The notes beneath the pieces are model-generated. The model did not search any database and was not told where the DNA came from. It saw only the letters and a program-made list of their open reading frames with translations. DNA of 64,000 bases from Eledone cirrhosa. Its lineage: Eukaryota. The translations under genes and the position numbers were made by a program. Shown here piece after piece: positions 15,001 through 30,000 of the stretch; position 1 is the stretch's first letter, and every line of letters starts with the position of its first letter. The DNA is taken from NCBI GenBank assembly GCA_964016885.1, contig CAXHJY010000928.1, positions 868,001 to 932,000 of the forward strand, written 5' to 3'.

Positions 15001-18000
15001 GGGAGATAAATTACTGGGAGTCAAATTACTGGGAGATAAATTACTGGGAGATAAATTACTGTGAGTTAAATTACTGGGAGATAAATTACTGGGAGTCAAA
15101 TTACTGGGAGATAAATTACTGGGAGTTAAATTACTGGGAGTTAAATTACTGGGAGTCAAATTACTGGGAGTCAAATTACTGGGAGATAAATTACTGGAAG
15201 ATAAATTACTGGGAGTCAAATTACTGGGAGTTAAATTACTGGGAGATATATTACTGGGAGATAAATTACTGGGAGTCAAATTACTGGGAGATATATTACT
15301 GGGAGATAAATTACTGGGAGTCAAATTACTGCGAGATAAATTACTGGGAGTCAAATTACTGGGAGACAAATTACTGGGAGATAAATTACTGGGAGTTAAA
15401 TTATTGGGAGATAAATTACTGGGAGTCAAATTACTGGGAGATAAATTACTGGGAGTCAAATTACTGGGAGTCAAATTACTGGGAGACAAATTACTGGGAG
15501 ATAAATTACTGGGAGTTAAATTATTGGGAGATAAATTACTGGGAGACAAATTACTGGGAGATAAATTACTGGGAGTTAAATTATTGGGAGATAAATTACT
15601 GGGAGTCAAATTACTGGGAGATAAATTACTGGGAGTCAAATTACTGCGAGATAAATTACTGGGAGTTAAATTACTGGGAAATAAATTACTGGGAGATAAA
15701 TTACTGGGAGATAAATTACTGGGAGTCAAATTACACGGAGATAAATTACTGGGAGTCAAATTACTGGGAGATAAATTACTGGGAGTCAAATTACTGGGAG
15801 ATAAATTACTGGGAGTTGAATTACTGGGAGTCAAATTACTGGGAGTTAAATTACTGGGAGTTAAATTACTGGGAGTCAAATTACTGGGAGATAAATTACT
15901 GGGATTTAAATTACTGGGAGTAAAATTACTGGGAGTAAAATTACTGTGAGTTAAATTACTGGGAGTCAAATTACTGGGAGATAAATTACTGGGAGTCAAA
16001 TTACTGGGAGTTAAATTACTGGGAGTCAAATTACTGGGAGTCAAATTACTGGGAAATAAATTACTGGGAGATAAATTACTGGGAGTCAAATTACTGGGAG
16101 ATAAATTACTGGGAGATAAATTACTGTGAGTTAAATTACTGGGAGATAAATTACTGGGAGTCAAATTACTGCGAGATAAATTACTGGGAGTTAAATTACT
16201 GGGAAATAAATTACTGGGAGATAAATTACTGGGAGATAAATTACTGGGAGATAAATTACTGGGAGTTGAATTACTGGGAGTCAAATTACTGGGAGATAAA
16301 TTACTGGGACTCAAATTACTGGGAGATAAATTAATGGGAGATAAATTACTGGGAGTTAAATTACTGGGAGTCAAATTACTGGGAGATAAATTACTGGGGG
16401 TCAAATTACTGGGAGATAAATTACTGGGATAAAAATTACTGGGAGTCAAATTACTGGGACATAAATTACTGGGAGTTAAATTACTGGGAGATAAATTACT
16501 GGGAGTAAAAATTACTGGGAGATAAATTACTGGGAGTTAAATTACTGAGAGTCAAATTACTGGGAGTCAAATTACTGGGAGATAAATTACTGGGTGTTAA
16601 ATTACTGGGAGTCAAATGACTGGGAGAAAAATTACTGGGAGTCAAATTACTGGTAGATAAATTACTGGGAGTCAAATTACTGGGAGATAAATTACTGGGA
16701 GATAAATTACTGGGAGTCAAATTACTGGGAGATAAATTACTGGGAGATAAATTAATGGGAGTCAAATTACTGCGAGATAAATTACTGGGAGTCAAATTAC
16801 TGGGAGATAAATTACTGGGAGATAAATTACTGGGAGTTAAATTATTGGGAGATAAATTACTGGGAATCAAATTACTGGGAGATAAATTACTGGGAGTCAA
16901 ATTACTGGGAGTCAAATTACTGGGAGATAAATTACTGGGAGATAAATTACTGGGAGATAAATTACTGGGAGTTAAATTATTGGGAGATAAATTACTGGGA
17001 GTCAAATTACTGGGAGTCAAATTACTGGGAGATAAATTACTGGGAGATAAATTACTGGGAGTCAAATTACTGGGACATAAATTACTGGGAGTCAAATTAC
17101 TGGGAGATAAATTACTGGTAGTCAAATTACTGGGAGTTAAATTACTGGGAGTCAAATTACTGGAAGTCAAATTACTGGGAGATAAATTACTGGGAGTCAA
17201 ATTACTGGGAGATAAATTACTGGGAGATAAATTACTGTGAGTTAAATTACTGGGAGATAAATTACTGGGAGTCAAATTACTGGGAGATAAATTACTGGGA
17301 GTTAAATTACTGGGAGTCAAATTACTGGGAGATAAATTACTGGGACTCAAATTACTGGGAGTTTAATTACTGGGAGTCAAACTACTGGGAGATAAATTAC
17401 TGGGAGATAAATTACTGGGAGTCAAATTACTGGGAGATAAATTACTGGGAGATAAATTACTGGGAGATAAATTACTGGGAGATAAATTACTGGGATTCAA
17501 ATTACTGCGAGATAAATTACTGGGAGATATATTACTGGGAGATAAATTACTGGGAGTCAAATTACTGCGAGATAAATTACTGGGAGTCAAATTACTGGGA
17601 GACAAATTACTGGGAGATAAATTACTGGGAGTCAAATTACTGGGAGATAAATTACTGGGAGTCAAATTACTGGGAGATAAACTACTGGGAGATAAATTAC
17701 TGGGAGTCAAATTACTGGGAGATAAATTACTGGGAGTCAAATTACTGGGTGATAAATTACTGGGAGTAAAATTACTGTGAGTTAAATTACTGGGAGTCAA
17801 ATTACTGGGAGAAAAATTACTGGGAGATAAATTACTGGGAGTCAAATTACTGGGAGTTAAATTACTGGGAGTCAAATTACTGGGAGTCAAATTACTGGGA
17901 GATAAATTACTGGGAGATAAATTACTGGGAGACAAATTACTGGGAGATAAATTACTGGGAGATAAATTACTGGGAGTCAAATTACTGGGAGATAAATTAC

Positions 18001-21000
18001 TGGGAGTTAAATTACTGGGAGTCAAATTACTGGGAGTTAAATTACTGGGAGTCAAATTACTGGGAGATAAATTACTGGGAGTTAAATTACTGGGAAATAA
18101 ATTACTGGGAGATAAATTACTGGGAGATAAATTACTGGGAGTCAAATTACACGGAGATAAATTACTGGGAGTCAAATTACTGGGAGATAAATTACTGGGA
18201 GTCAAATTACTGGGAGATAAATTACTGGGAGATAAATTACTGGGAGTTGAATTACTGGGAGTCAAATTACTGGGAGATAAATTACTGGGACTCAAATTAC
18301 TGGGAGATAAATTAATGGGAGATAAATTACTGGGAGTTAAATTACTGGGAGTCAAATTACTGGGAGATAAATTACTGGGGGTCAAATTACTGGGAGATAA
18401 ATTACTGGGATAAAAATTACTGGGAGTCAAATTACTGGGAGATAAATTACTGGGAGTTAAATTACTGGGAGATAAATTACTGGGAGTAAAAATTACTGGG
18501 AGATAAATTACTGGGAGTTAAATTACTGAGAGTCAAATTACTGGGAGTCAAATTACTGGGAGATAAATTACTGGGTGTTAAATTACTGGGAGTCAAATGA
18601 CTGGGAGAAAAATTACTGGGAGTCAAATTACTGGTAGATAAATTACTGGGAGTCAAATTACTGGGAGATAAATTACTGGGAGATAAATTACTGGGAGTCA
18701 AATTACTGGGAGATAAATTACTGGGAGATAAATTAATGGGAGTCAAATTACTGCGAGATAAATTACTGGGAGTCAAATTACTGGGAGATAAATTACTGGG
18801 AGATAAATTACTGGGAGTTCAATTATTGGGAGATAAATTACTGGGAATCAAATTACTGGGAGATAAATTACTGGGAGTCAAATTACTGGGAGTCAAATTA
18901 CTGGGAGATAAATTACTGGGAGATAAATTACTGGGAGATAAATTACTGGGAGTTAAATTATTGGGAGATAAATTACTGGGAGTCAAATTACTGGGAGTCA
19001 AATTACTGGGAGTTAAATTACTGGGAGATAAATTACTGGGAGTCAAATTACTGGGACATAAATTACTGGGAGTCAAATTACTGGGAGATAAATTACTGGG
19101 AGTCAAATTATTGGGAGTTAAATTACTGGGAGATAAATTACTGGGAGTCAAATTACTGGGAGATGAATTACTGGGACTCAAATTACTGGGAGATAAATTA
19201 ATAGGAGATAAATTACTGGGAGTCAAATTACTGGGAGTCAAATTACTGGGAGATAAATTACTGGTAGATAAATTACTGGGAGTTAAATTATTGGGAGATA
19301 AATTACTGGGAGTCAAATTACTGGGAGATAAATTACTGGGAGTCAAATTACTGGGAGATAAATTACTGGGAGTCAAATTACTGGGAGATAAACTACTGGG
19401 AGATAAATTACTGGGAGTCAAATTACTGCGAGATAAATTACTGGGAGATAAATTACTGGGAGATATATTACTGGGAGTCAAATTACTGGGAGATAAATTA
19501 CTGGGAGATAAATTACTGGGAATCAAATTACTGGGAGATAAATTACTGGGAGTCAAATTACTGGGAGTCAAATTACTGGGAGATAAATTACTGGGAGTCA
19601 AATTACTGGGAGATAAATTACTGGGAGTCAAATTACTGCGAGATAAATTACTGGGAGATAAATTACTGGGAAATAAATTACTGGGAGATAAATTACTGGG
19701 AGATAAATTACTGGGAGTCAAATTACTGGGAGTCAAATTACTGGGAGATAAATTACTGGGAGTCAAATTACTGGGAGATAAATTACTGGGAGTCAAATTA
19801 CTGGGAGATAAATTACTGGGAGTCAAATTACTGGGAGTTAAATTACTGGGAGTTAAATTACTGGGAGATAAATTGCTGGGAGTTAAATTACTGGGAGTCA
19901 AATTACTGGGAGATAAATTACTGGGAGTCAAATTATTGGGAGATAAATTACTGGCAGATAAATTACTGGGAGTTAAATTACTGGGAGTCAAATTACTGGG
20001 AGAAAAATTACTGGGAGACAAATTTCTGGGAGTCAAATTACTGGGAGTCAAATTACTGGGAGTCAAATTACTGGGAGATAAATTACTGGGAGTTAAATTA
20101 TTGGGAGATAAATTACTGGGAGTCAAATTACTGGGAGATAAATTACTGGGAGTCAAATTACTGGGAGATAAATTACTGGGAGATAAATTACTGGGAGATA
20201 AATTACTGGGAGTCAAATTACACGGAGATAAATTACTGGGAGTCAAATTACTGGGAGATAAATTACTGGGAGTCAAATTACTGGGAGTTAAATTACTGGG
20301 AGTCAAATTACTGGGAGTCAAATTACTGGGAAATAAATTACTGGGAGATAAATTACTGGGAGTCAAATTACTGGGAGATAAATTACTGGGAGATAAATTA
20401 CTGTGAGTTAAATTACTGGGAGATAAATTACTGGGAGTCAAATTACTGCGAGATAAATTACTGGGAGTTAAATTACTGGGAAATAAATTACTGGGAGATA
20501 AATTACTGGGAGATAAATTACTGGGAGTCAAATTACACGGAGATAAATTACTGGGAGTCAAATTACTGGGAGATAAATTACTGGGAGTCAAATTACTGGG
20601 AGATAAATTACTGGGAGATAAATTACTGGGAGTTGAATTACTGGGAGTCAAATTACTGGGAGATAAATTACTGGGACTCAAATTACTGGGAGATAAATTA
20701 ATGGGAGATAAATTACTGGGAGTTAAATTACTGGGAGTCAAATTAATGGGAGATAAATTACTGGGGGTCAAATTACTGGGAGATAAATTACTGGGATAAA
20801 AATTACTGGGAGTCAAATTACTGGGACATAAATTACTGGGAGTTAAATTACTGGGAGATAAATTACTGGGAGTAAAAATTACTGGGAGATAAATTACTGG
20901 GAGTTAAATTACTGAGAGTCAAATTACTGGGAGTCAAATTACTGGGAGATAAATTACTGGGTGTTAAATTACTGGGAGTCAAATGACTGGGAGAAAAATT

Positions 21001-24000
21001 ACTGGGAGTCAAATTACTGGTAGATAAATTACTGGGAGTCAAATTACTGGGAGATAAATTACTGGGAGATAAATTACTGGGAGTCAAATTACTGGGAGAT
21101 AAATTACTGGGAGATAAATTAATGGGAGTCAAATTACTGCGAGATAAATTACTGGGAGTCAAATTACTGGGAGATAAATTACTGGGAGATAAATTACTGG
21201 GAGTTAAATTATTGGGAGATAAATTACTGGGAATCAAATTACTGGGAGATAAATTACTGGGAGTCAAATTACTGGGAGTCAAATTACTGGGAGATAAATT
21301 ACTGGGAGATAAATTACTGGGAGATAAATTACTGGGAGTTAAATTATTGGGAGATAAATTACTGGGAGTCAAATTACTGGGAGTCAAATTACTGGGAGAT
21401 AAATTACTGGGAGATAAATTACTGGGAGTCAAATTACTGGGACATAAATTACTGGGAGTCAAATTACTGGGAGATAAATTACTGGTAGTCAAATTACTGG
21501 GAGTTAAATTACTGGGAGTCAAATTACTGGAAGTCAAATTACTGGGAGATAAATTACTGGGAGTCAAATTACTGGGAGATAAATTACTGGGAGATAAATT
21601 ACTGTGAGTTAAATTACTGGGAGATAAATTACTGGGAGTCAAATTACTGGGAGATAAATTACTGGGAGTTAAATTACTGGGAGTCAAATTACTGGGAGAT
21701 AAATTACTGGGACTCAAATTACTGGGAGTTTAATTACTGGGAGTCAAACTACTGGGAGATAAATTACTGGGAGATAAATTACTGGGAGTCAAATTACTGG
21801 GAGATAAATTACTGGGAGATAAATTACTGGGAGATAAATTACTGGGAGATAAATTACTGGGATTCAAATTACTGCGAGATAAATTACTGGGAGATATATT
21901 ACTGGGAGATAAATTACTGGGAGTCAAATTACTGCGAGATAAATTACTGGGAGTCAAATTACTGGGAGACAAATTACTGGGAGATAAATTACTGGGAGTC
22001 AAATTACTGGGAGATAAATTACTGGGAGTCAAATTACTGGGAGATAAACTACTGGGAGATAAATTACTGGGAGTCAAATTACTGGGAGATAAATTACTGG
22101 GAGTCAAATTACTGGGTGATAAATTACTGGGAGTAAAATTACTGTGAGTTAAATTACTGGGAGTCAAATTACTGGGAGATAAATTACTGGGAGATAAATT
22201 ACTGGGAGTCAAATTACTGGGAGTTAAATTACTGGGAGTCAAATTACTGGGAGTCAAATTACTGGGAGATAAATTACTGGGAGATAAATTACTGGGAGAC
22301 AAATTACTGGGAGATAAATTACTGGGAGATAAATTACTGGGAGTCAAATTACTGGGAGATAAATTACTGGGAGTTAAATTACTGGGAGTCAAATTACTGG
22401 GAGTTAAATTACTGGGAGTCAAATTACTGGGAGATAAATTACTGGGAGTTAAATTACTGGGAAATAAATTACTGGGAGATAAATTACTGGGAGATAAATT
22501 ACTGGGAGTCAAATTACACGGAGATAAATTACTGGGAGTCAAATTACTGGGAGATAAATTACTGGGAGTCAAATTACTGGGAGATAAATTACTGGGAGAT
22601 AAATTACTGGGAGTTGAATTACTGGGAGTCAAATTACTGGGAGATAAATTACTGGGACTCAAATTACTGGGAGATAAATTAATGGGAGATAAATTACTGG
22701 GAGTTAAATTACTGGGAGTCAAATTACTGGGAGATAAATTACTGGGGGTCAAATTACTGGGAGATAAATTACTGGGATAAAAATTACTGGGAGTCAAATT
22801 ACTGGGAGATAAATTACTGGGAGTTAAATTACTGGGAGATAAATTACTGGGAGTAAAAATTACTGGGAGATAAATTACTGGGAGTTAAATTACTGAGAGT
22901 CAAATTACTGGGAGTCAAATTACTGGGAGATAAATTACTGGGTGTTAAATTACTGGGAGTCAAATGACTGGGAGAAAAATTACTGGGAGTCAAATTACTG
23001 GTAGATAAATTACTGGGAGTCAAATTACTGGGAGATAAATTACTGGGAGATAAATTACTGGGAGTCAAATTACTGGGAGATAAATTACTGGGAGATAAAT
23101 TAATGGGAGTCAAATTACTGCGAGATAAATTACTGGGAGTCAAATTACTGGGAGATAAATTACTGGGAGATAAATTACTGGGAGTTCAATTATTGGGAGA
23201 TAAATTACTGGGAATCAAATTACTGGGAGATAAATTACTGGGAGTCAAATTACTGGGAGTCAAATTACTGGGAGATAAATTACTGGGAGATAAATTACTG
23301 GGAGATAAATTACTGGGAGTTAAATTATTGGGAGATAAATTACTGGGAGTCAAATTACTGAGAGTCAAATTACTGGGAGTTAAATTACTGGGAGATAAAT
23401 TACTGGGAGTCAAATTACTGGGACATAAATTACTGGGAGTCAAATTACTGGGAGATAAATTACTGGGAGTCAAATTATTGGGAGTTAAATTACTGGGAGA
23501 TAAATTACTGGGAGTCAAATTACTGGGAGATGAATTACTGGGACTCAAATTACTGGGAGATAAATTAATAGGAGATAAATTACTGGGAGTCAAATTACTG
23601 GGAGTCAAATTACTGGGAGATAAATTACTGGTAGATAAATTACTGGGAGTTAAATTATTGGGAGATAAATTACTGGGAGTCAAATTACTGGGAGATAAAT
23701 TACTGGGAGTCAAATTACTGGGAGATAAATTACTGGGAGTCAAATTACTGGGAGATAAACTACTGGGAGATAAATTACTGGGAGTCAAATTACTGCGAGA
23801 TAAATTACTGGGAGATAAATTACTGGGAGATATATTACTGGGAGTCAAATTACTGGGAGATAAATTACTGGGAGATAAATTACTGGGAATCAAATTACTG
23901 GGAGATAAATTACTGGGAGTCAAATTACTGGGAGTCAAATTACTGGGAGATAAATTACTGGGAGTCAAATTACTGGGAGATAAATTACTGGGAGTCAAAT

Positions 24001-27000
24001 TACTGCGAGATAAATTACTGGGAGATAAATTACTGGGAAATAAATTACTGGGAGATAAATTACTGGGAGATAAATTACTGGGAGTCAAATTACTGGGAGT
24101 CAAATTACTGGGAGATAAATTACTGGGAGTCAAATTACTGGGAGATAAATTACTGGGAGTCAAATTACTGGGAGATAAATTACTGGGAGTCAAATTACTG
24201 GGAGTTAAATTACTGGGAGTTAAATTACTGGGAGATAAATTGCTGGGAGTTAAATTACTGGGAGTCAAATTACTGGGAGATAAATTACTGGGAGTCAAAT
24301 TACTGGGAGATAAATTACTGGCAGATAAATTACTGGGAGTTAAATTACTGGGAGTCAAATTACTGGGAGAAAAATTACTGGGAGACAAATTTCTGGGAGT
24401 CAAATTACTGGGAGTCAAATTACTGGGAGTCAAATTACTGGGAGATAAATTACTGGGAGTTAAATTATTGGGAGATAAATTACTGGGAGTCAAATTACTG
24501 GGAGATAAATTACTGGGAGTCAAATTACTGGGAGATAAATTACTGGGAGATAAATTACTGGGAGATAAATTACTGGGAGTCAAATTACACGGAGATAAAT
24601 TACTGGGAGTCAAATTACTGGGAGATAAATTACTGGGAGTCAAATTACTGGGAGTCAAATTACTGGGAGATAAATTACTGGGAGTCAAATTACTGGGAGA
24701 TAAATTACTGGGAGTCAAATTACTGCGAGATAAATTACTGGGAGATAAATTACTGGGAAATAAATTACTGGGAGATAAATTACTGGGAGATAAATTACTG
24801 GGAGTCAAATTACTGGGAGTCAAATTACTGGGAGTCAAATTAGTGGGAGATAAATTACTGGGAGTTATATTACTGGGAGATAAATTGCTGGGAGTTAAAT
24901 TACTGGGAGTCAAATTACTGGGAGATAAATTACTGGGAGTCAAATTACTGGGAGATAAATTACTGGGAGTCAAATTACTGGGAGTTAAATTACTGGGAGT
25001 TAAATTACTGGGAGATAAATTGCTGGGAGTTAAATTACTGGGAGTCAAATTACTGGGAGATAAATTACTGGGAGTCAAATTACTGGGAGATAAATTACTG
25101 GCAGATAAATTACTGGGAGTTAAATTACTGGGAGTCAAATTACTGGGAGAAAAATTACTGGGAGTCAAATTTCTGGGAGTCAAATTACTGGGAGTCAAAT
25201 TACTGGGAGTCAAATTACTGGGAGATAAATTACTGGGAGTTAAATTATTGGGAGATAAATTACTGGGAGTCAAATTACTGGGAGATAAATTACTGGGAGT
25301 CAAATTACTGGGAGATAAATTACTGGGAGATAAATTACTGGGAGATAAATTACTGGGAGTCAAATTACACGGAGATAAATTACTGGGAGTCAAATTACTG
25401 GGAGATAAATTACTGGGAGTCAAATTACTGGGAGATAAACTACTGGGAGATAAATTACTGGGAGTCAAATTACTGGGAAATAAATTACTGGGAGATAAAT
25501 TACTGGGAGATAAATTACTGGGAGTCAAATTACACAGAGATAAATTACTGGGAGATAAATTACTGGGAGTCAAATTACTGGGAGATAAATTACTGGGAGA
25601 TAAATTACTGGGAGTTAAATTATTGGGAGATAAATTACTGTGAGTCAAATTACTGGGAGATAAATTACTGGGAGTCAAATTACTGGGAGATAAATTACTG
25701 GGAGTCAAATTATGGGAGTCAAATTACTGGGAGATAAATTACTGGGAGATAAAATACTGGGAGTCAAATTACTGCGAGATAAATTACTGGGAGTCAAATT
25801 ACTGCGAGATAAATTACTGGGAGTTAATTACTGGGAGTTAAATTACTGGGAGATAAATTGCTGTGAGTTAAATTACTGGGAGTCAAATTACTGGGAGATA
25901 AATTACTGGGAGATAAATTACTGGGAGTTAAATTATTGGGAGATAAATTACTGGGAGTCAAATTACTGGGAGATAAATTACTGGGAGTCAAATTACTGGG
26001 AGATAAATTACTGGGAGTCAAATTACTGGGAGATAAACTACTGGGAGATAAATTAATGGGAGATAAATTACTGGGAGATAAATTACTGGGATTCAAATTA
26101 CTGCGAGATAAATTACTGGGAGATATATTACTGGCAAATAAATTACTGGGAGTCAAATTACTGGGAGACAAATTACTGGGAGATAAATTACTGGGAGTTA
26201 AATTATTGGGAGATAAATTACTGGGAGTCAAATTACTGGGAGATAAATTACTGGGAGTCAAATTACTGGGAGATAAATTACTGGGAGTCAAATTACTGGG
26301 AGATAAATTACTGGGAGTCAAATTACTGCGAGATAAATTACTGGGAGTTAAATTACTGGGAAATAAATTACTGGGAGATAAATTACTGGGAGATAAATTA
26401 CTGGGAGTCAAATTACACGGAGATAAATTACTGGGAGTCAAATTACTGGGAGATAAATTACTGGGAGTCAAATTACTGGGAAATAAATTACTGGGAGTCA
26501 AATTACTGCGAGATAAATTACTGGGAGATAAATTACTGGGAAATAAATTACTGGGAGATAAATTACTGGGAGATAAATTACTGGGAGTCAAATTACTGGG
26601 AGTCAAATTACTGGGAGTCAAATTAGTGGGAGATAAATTACTGGGAGTTAAATTACTGGGAGATAAATTGCTGGGAGTTAAATTACTGGGAGTCAAATTA
26701 CTGGGAGATAAATTACTGGGAGTCAAATTACTGGGAGATAAATTACTGGGAGTTAAATTACTGGGAGATAAATTGCTGGGAGTTAAATTACTGGGAGTCA
26801 AATTGCTGGGAGATAAATTACTGGGAGTCAAATTACTGGGAGATAAATTACTGGCAGATAAATTACTGGGAGTTAAATTACTGGGAGTCAAATTACTGGG
26901 AGAAAAATTACTGGGAGTCAAATTTCTGGGAGTCAAATTACTGGGAGTCAAATTACTGGGAGTCAAATTACTGGGAGATAAATTACTGGGAGTTAAATTA

Positions 27001-30000
27001 TTGGGAGATAAATTACTGGGAGTCAAATTACTGGGAGATAAATTACTGGGAGTCAAATTACTGGGAGATAAATTACTGGGAGATAAATTACTGGGAGATA
27101 AATTACTGGGAGTCAAATTACACGGAGATAAATTACTGGGAGTCAAATTACTAGGAGATAAATTACTGGGAGTCAAATTACTGGGAGTCAAATTACTGGG
27201 AGATAAATTACTGGGAGTCAAATTACTGGGAGATAAATTACTGGGAGTCAAATTACTGCGAGATAAATTACTGGGAGATAAATTACTGGGAAATAAATTA
27301 CTGGGAGATAAATTACTGGGAGATAAATTACTGGGAGTCAAATTACTGGGAGTCAAATTACTGGGAGTCAAATTAGTGGGAGATAAATTACTGGGAGTTA
27401 AATTACTGGGAGATAAATTGCTGGGAGTTAAATTACTGGGAGTCAAATTACTGGGAGATAAATTACTGGGAGTCAAATTACTGGGAGATAAATTACTGGG
27501 AGTCAAATTACTGGGAGTTAAATTACTGGGAGTTAAATTACTGGGATTTAAATTGCTGGGAGTTAAATTACTGGGAGTCAAATTACTGGGAGATAAATTA
27601 CTGGGAGTCAAATTACTGGGAGATAAATTACTGGCAGATAAATTACTGGGAGTCAAATTACTGGGAGTCAAATTACTGGGAGAAAAATTACTGGGAGTCA
27701 AATTACTGGGAGATAAACTACTGGGAGATAAATTACTGGGAGTCAAATTACTGGGAAATAAATTACTGGGAGATAAATTACTGGGAGATAAATTACTGGG
27801 AGTCAAATTACACGGAGATAAATTACTGGGAGATAAATTACTGGGAGTCAAATTACTGGGAGATAAATTACTGGGAGATAAATTACTGGGAGTTAAATTA
27901 TTGGGAGATAAATTACTGTGAGTCAAATTACTGGGAGATAAATTACTGGGAGTCAAATTACTGGGAGATAAATTACTGGGAGTCAAATTATGGGAGTCAA
28001 ATTACTGGGAGATAAATTACTGGGAGATAAAATACTGGGAGTCAAATTACTGCGAGATAAATTACTGGGAGTCAAATTACTGCGAGATAAATTACTGGGA
28101 GTTAATTACTGGGAGTTAAATTACTGGGAGATAAATTGCTGTGAGTTAAATTACTGGGAGTCAAATTACTGGGAGATAAATTACTGGGAGATAAATTACT
28201 GGGAGTTAAATTATTGGGAGATAAATTACTTGGAGTCAAATTACTGGGAGTCAAATTACTGGGAGATAAATTACTGGGAGTCAAATTACTGGGAGATAAA
28301 TTACTGGGAGATAAACTACTGGGAGATAAATTAATGGGAGATAAATTACTGGGAGATAAATTACTGGGATTCAAATTACTGCGAGATAAATTACTGGGAG
28401 ATATATTACTGGCAAATAAATTACTGGGAGTCAAATTACTGGGAGACAAATTACTGGGAGATAAATTACTGGGAGTTAAATTACTGGGAGATAAATTACT
28501 GGGAGTCAAATTACTGGGAGATAAATTACTGGGAGTCAAATTACTGGGAGATAAATTACTGGGAGTCAAATTACTGCGAGATAAATTACTGGGAGTTAAA
28601 TTACTGGGAAATAAATTACTGGGAGATAAATTACTGGGAGATAAATTACTGGGAGTCAAATTACACGGAGATAAATTACTGGGAGTCAAATTACTGGGAG
28701 ATAAATTACTGGGAGTCAAATTACTGGGAGATAAATTACTGGGAGATAAATTACTGGGAGTTAAATTACTGGGAGTCAAATTACTGGGAGATGAATTACT
28801 GGGAGTTAAATTACTGGGAGTCAAATTACTGGGAGATAAATTACTGGGAGTTAAATTACTGGCAGTCAAATTACTGGGAGTAAAATTACTGTGAGTTAAA
28901 TTACTGGGAGTCAAATTACTGGGAGATAAATTACTGGGAGTCAAATTACTGGGAGTTAAATTACTGGCAGTCAAATTACTGGGAGTCAAATTACTGGGAG
29001 ATAAATTACTGGGAGATAAATTACTGGGAGTCACATTACTGGGAGATAAATTACTGGGAGATAAATTACTGTGAGTTAAATTACTGGGAGATAAATTACT
29101 GGGAGTCAAATTACTGGGAGATAAATTACTGGGAGTTAAATTACTGGGAGTCAAATTACTGGGAGTTAAATTACTGGGAGTCAAATTACTGGGAGATAAA
29201 TTACTGGGAGTCAAACTACTGGGAGATAAATTACTGGGAGATTAATTACTGGGAGTCAAATTACTGGGAGATAAATTACTGGGAGATAAATTACTGGGAG
29301 ATAAATTAATGGGAGATAAATTACTGGGAGATAAATTACTGGGATTCAAATTACTGCGAGATAAATTACTGGGAGTCAAATTACTGGGAGATAAATTACT
29401 GGGAGATAAATTACTGGGAGTTAAATTACTGGGAGATAAATTACTGGGAGTCAAATTACAGGGAGATAATTTACTGGGAGTCAAATTACTGGGAGATATA
29501 TTACTGGGAGTTAAATTACTGGGAGATAAATTACTGGGAGTCAAATTACTGGGAGATAAATTACTGGGAGATAAATTACTGGGAGTTAAATTACTGGGAG
29601 TCAAATTACTGGGAGTAAAATTACTGTGAGTTAAATTACTGGGAGTCAAATTACTGGGAGATAAATTACTGGGAGATAAATTACTGGGAGTCAAATTACT
29701 GGGAGTTAAATTACTGGGAGTCAAATTACTGGGAGTCAAATTACTGGGAGATAAATTACTGGGAGATAAATTACTGGGAGTCAAATTACTGGGAGATAAA
29801 TTACTGGGAGATAAATTAATGGGAGATAAATTACTGGGAGATAAATTACTGGGATTCAAATTACTGCGAGATAAATTACTGGGAGTCAAATTACTGGGAG
29901 ATAAATTACTGGGAGATAAATTACTGGGAGTTAAATTACTGGGAGATTAATTACTGGGAGATACATTACTGGGAGTCAAATTACTGGGAGATAAATTACT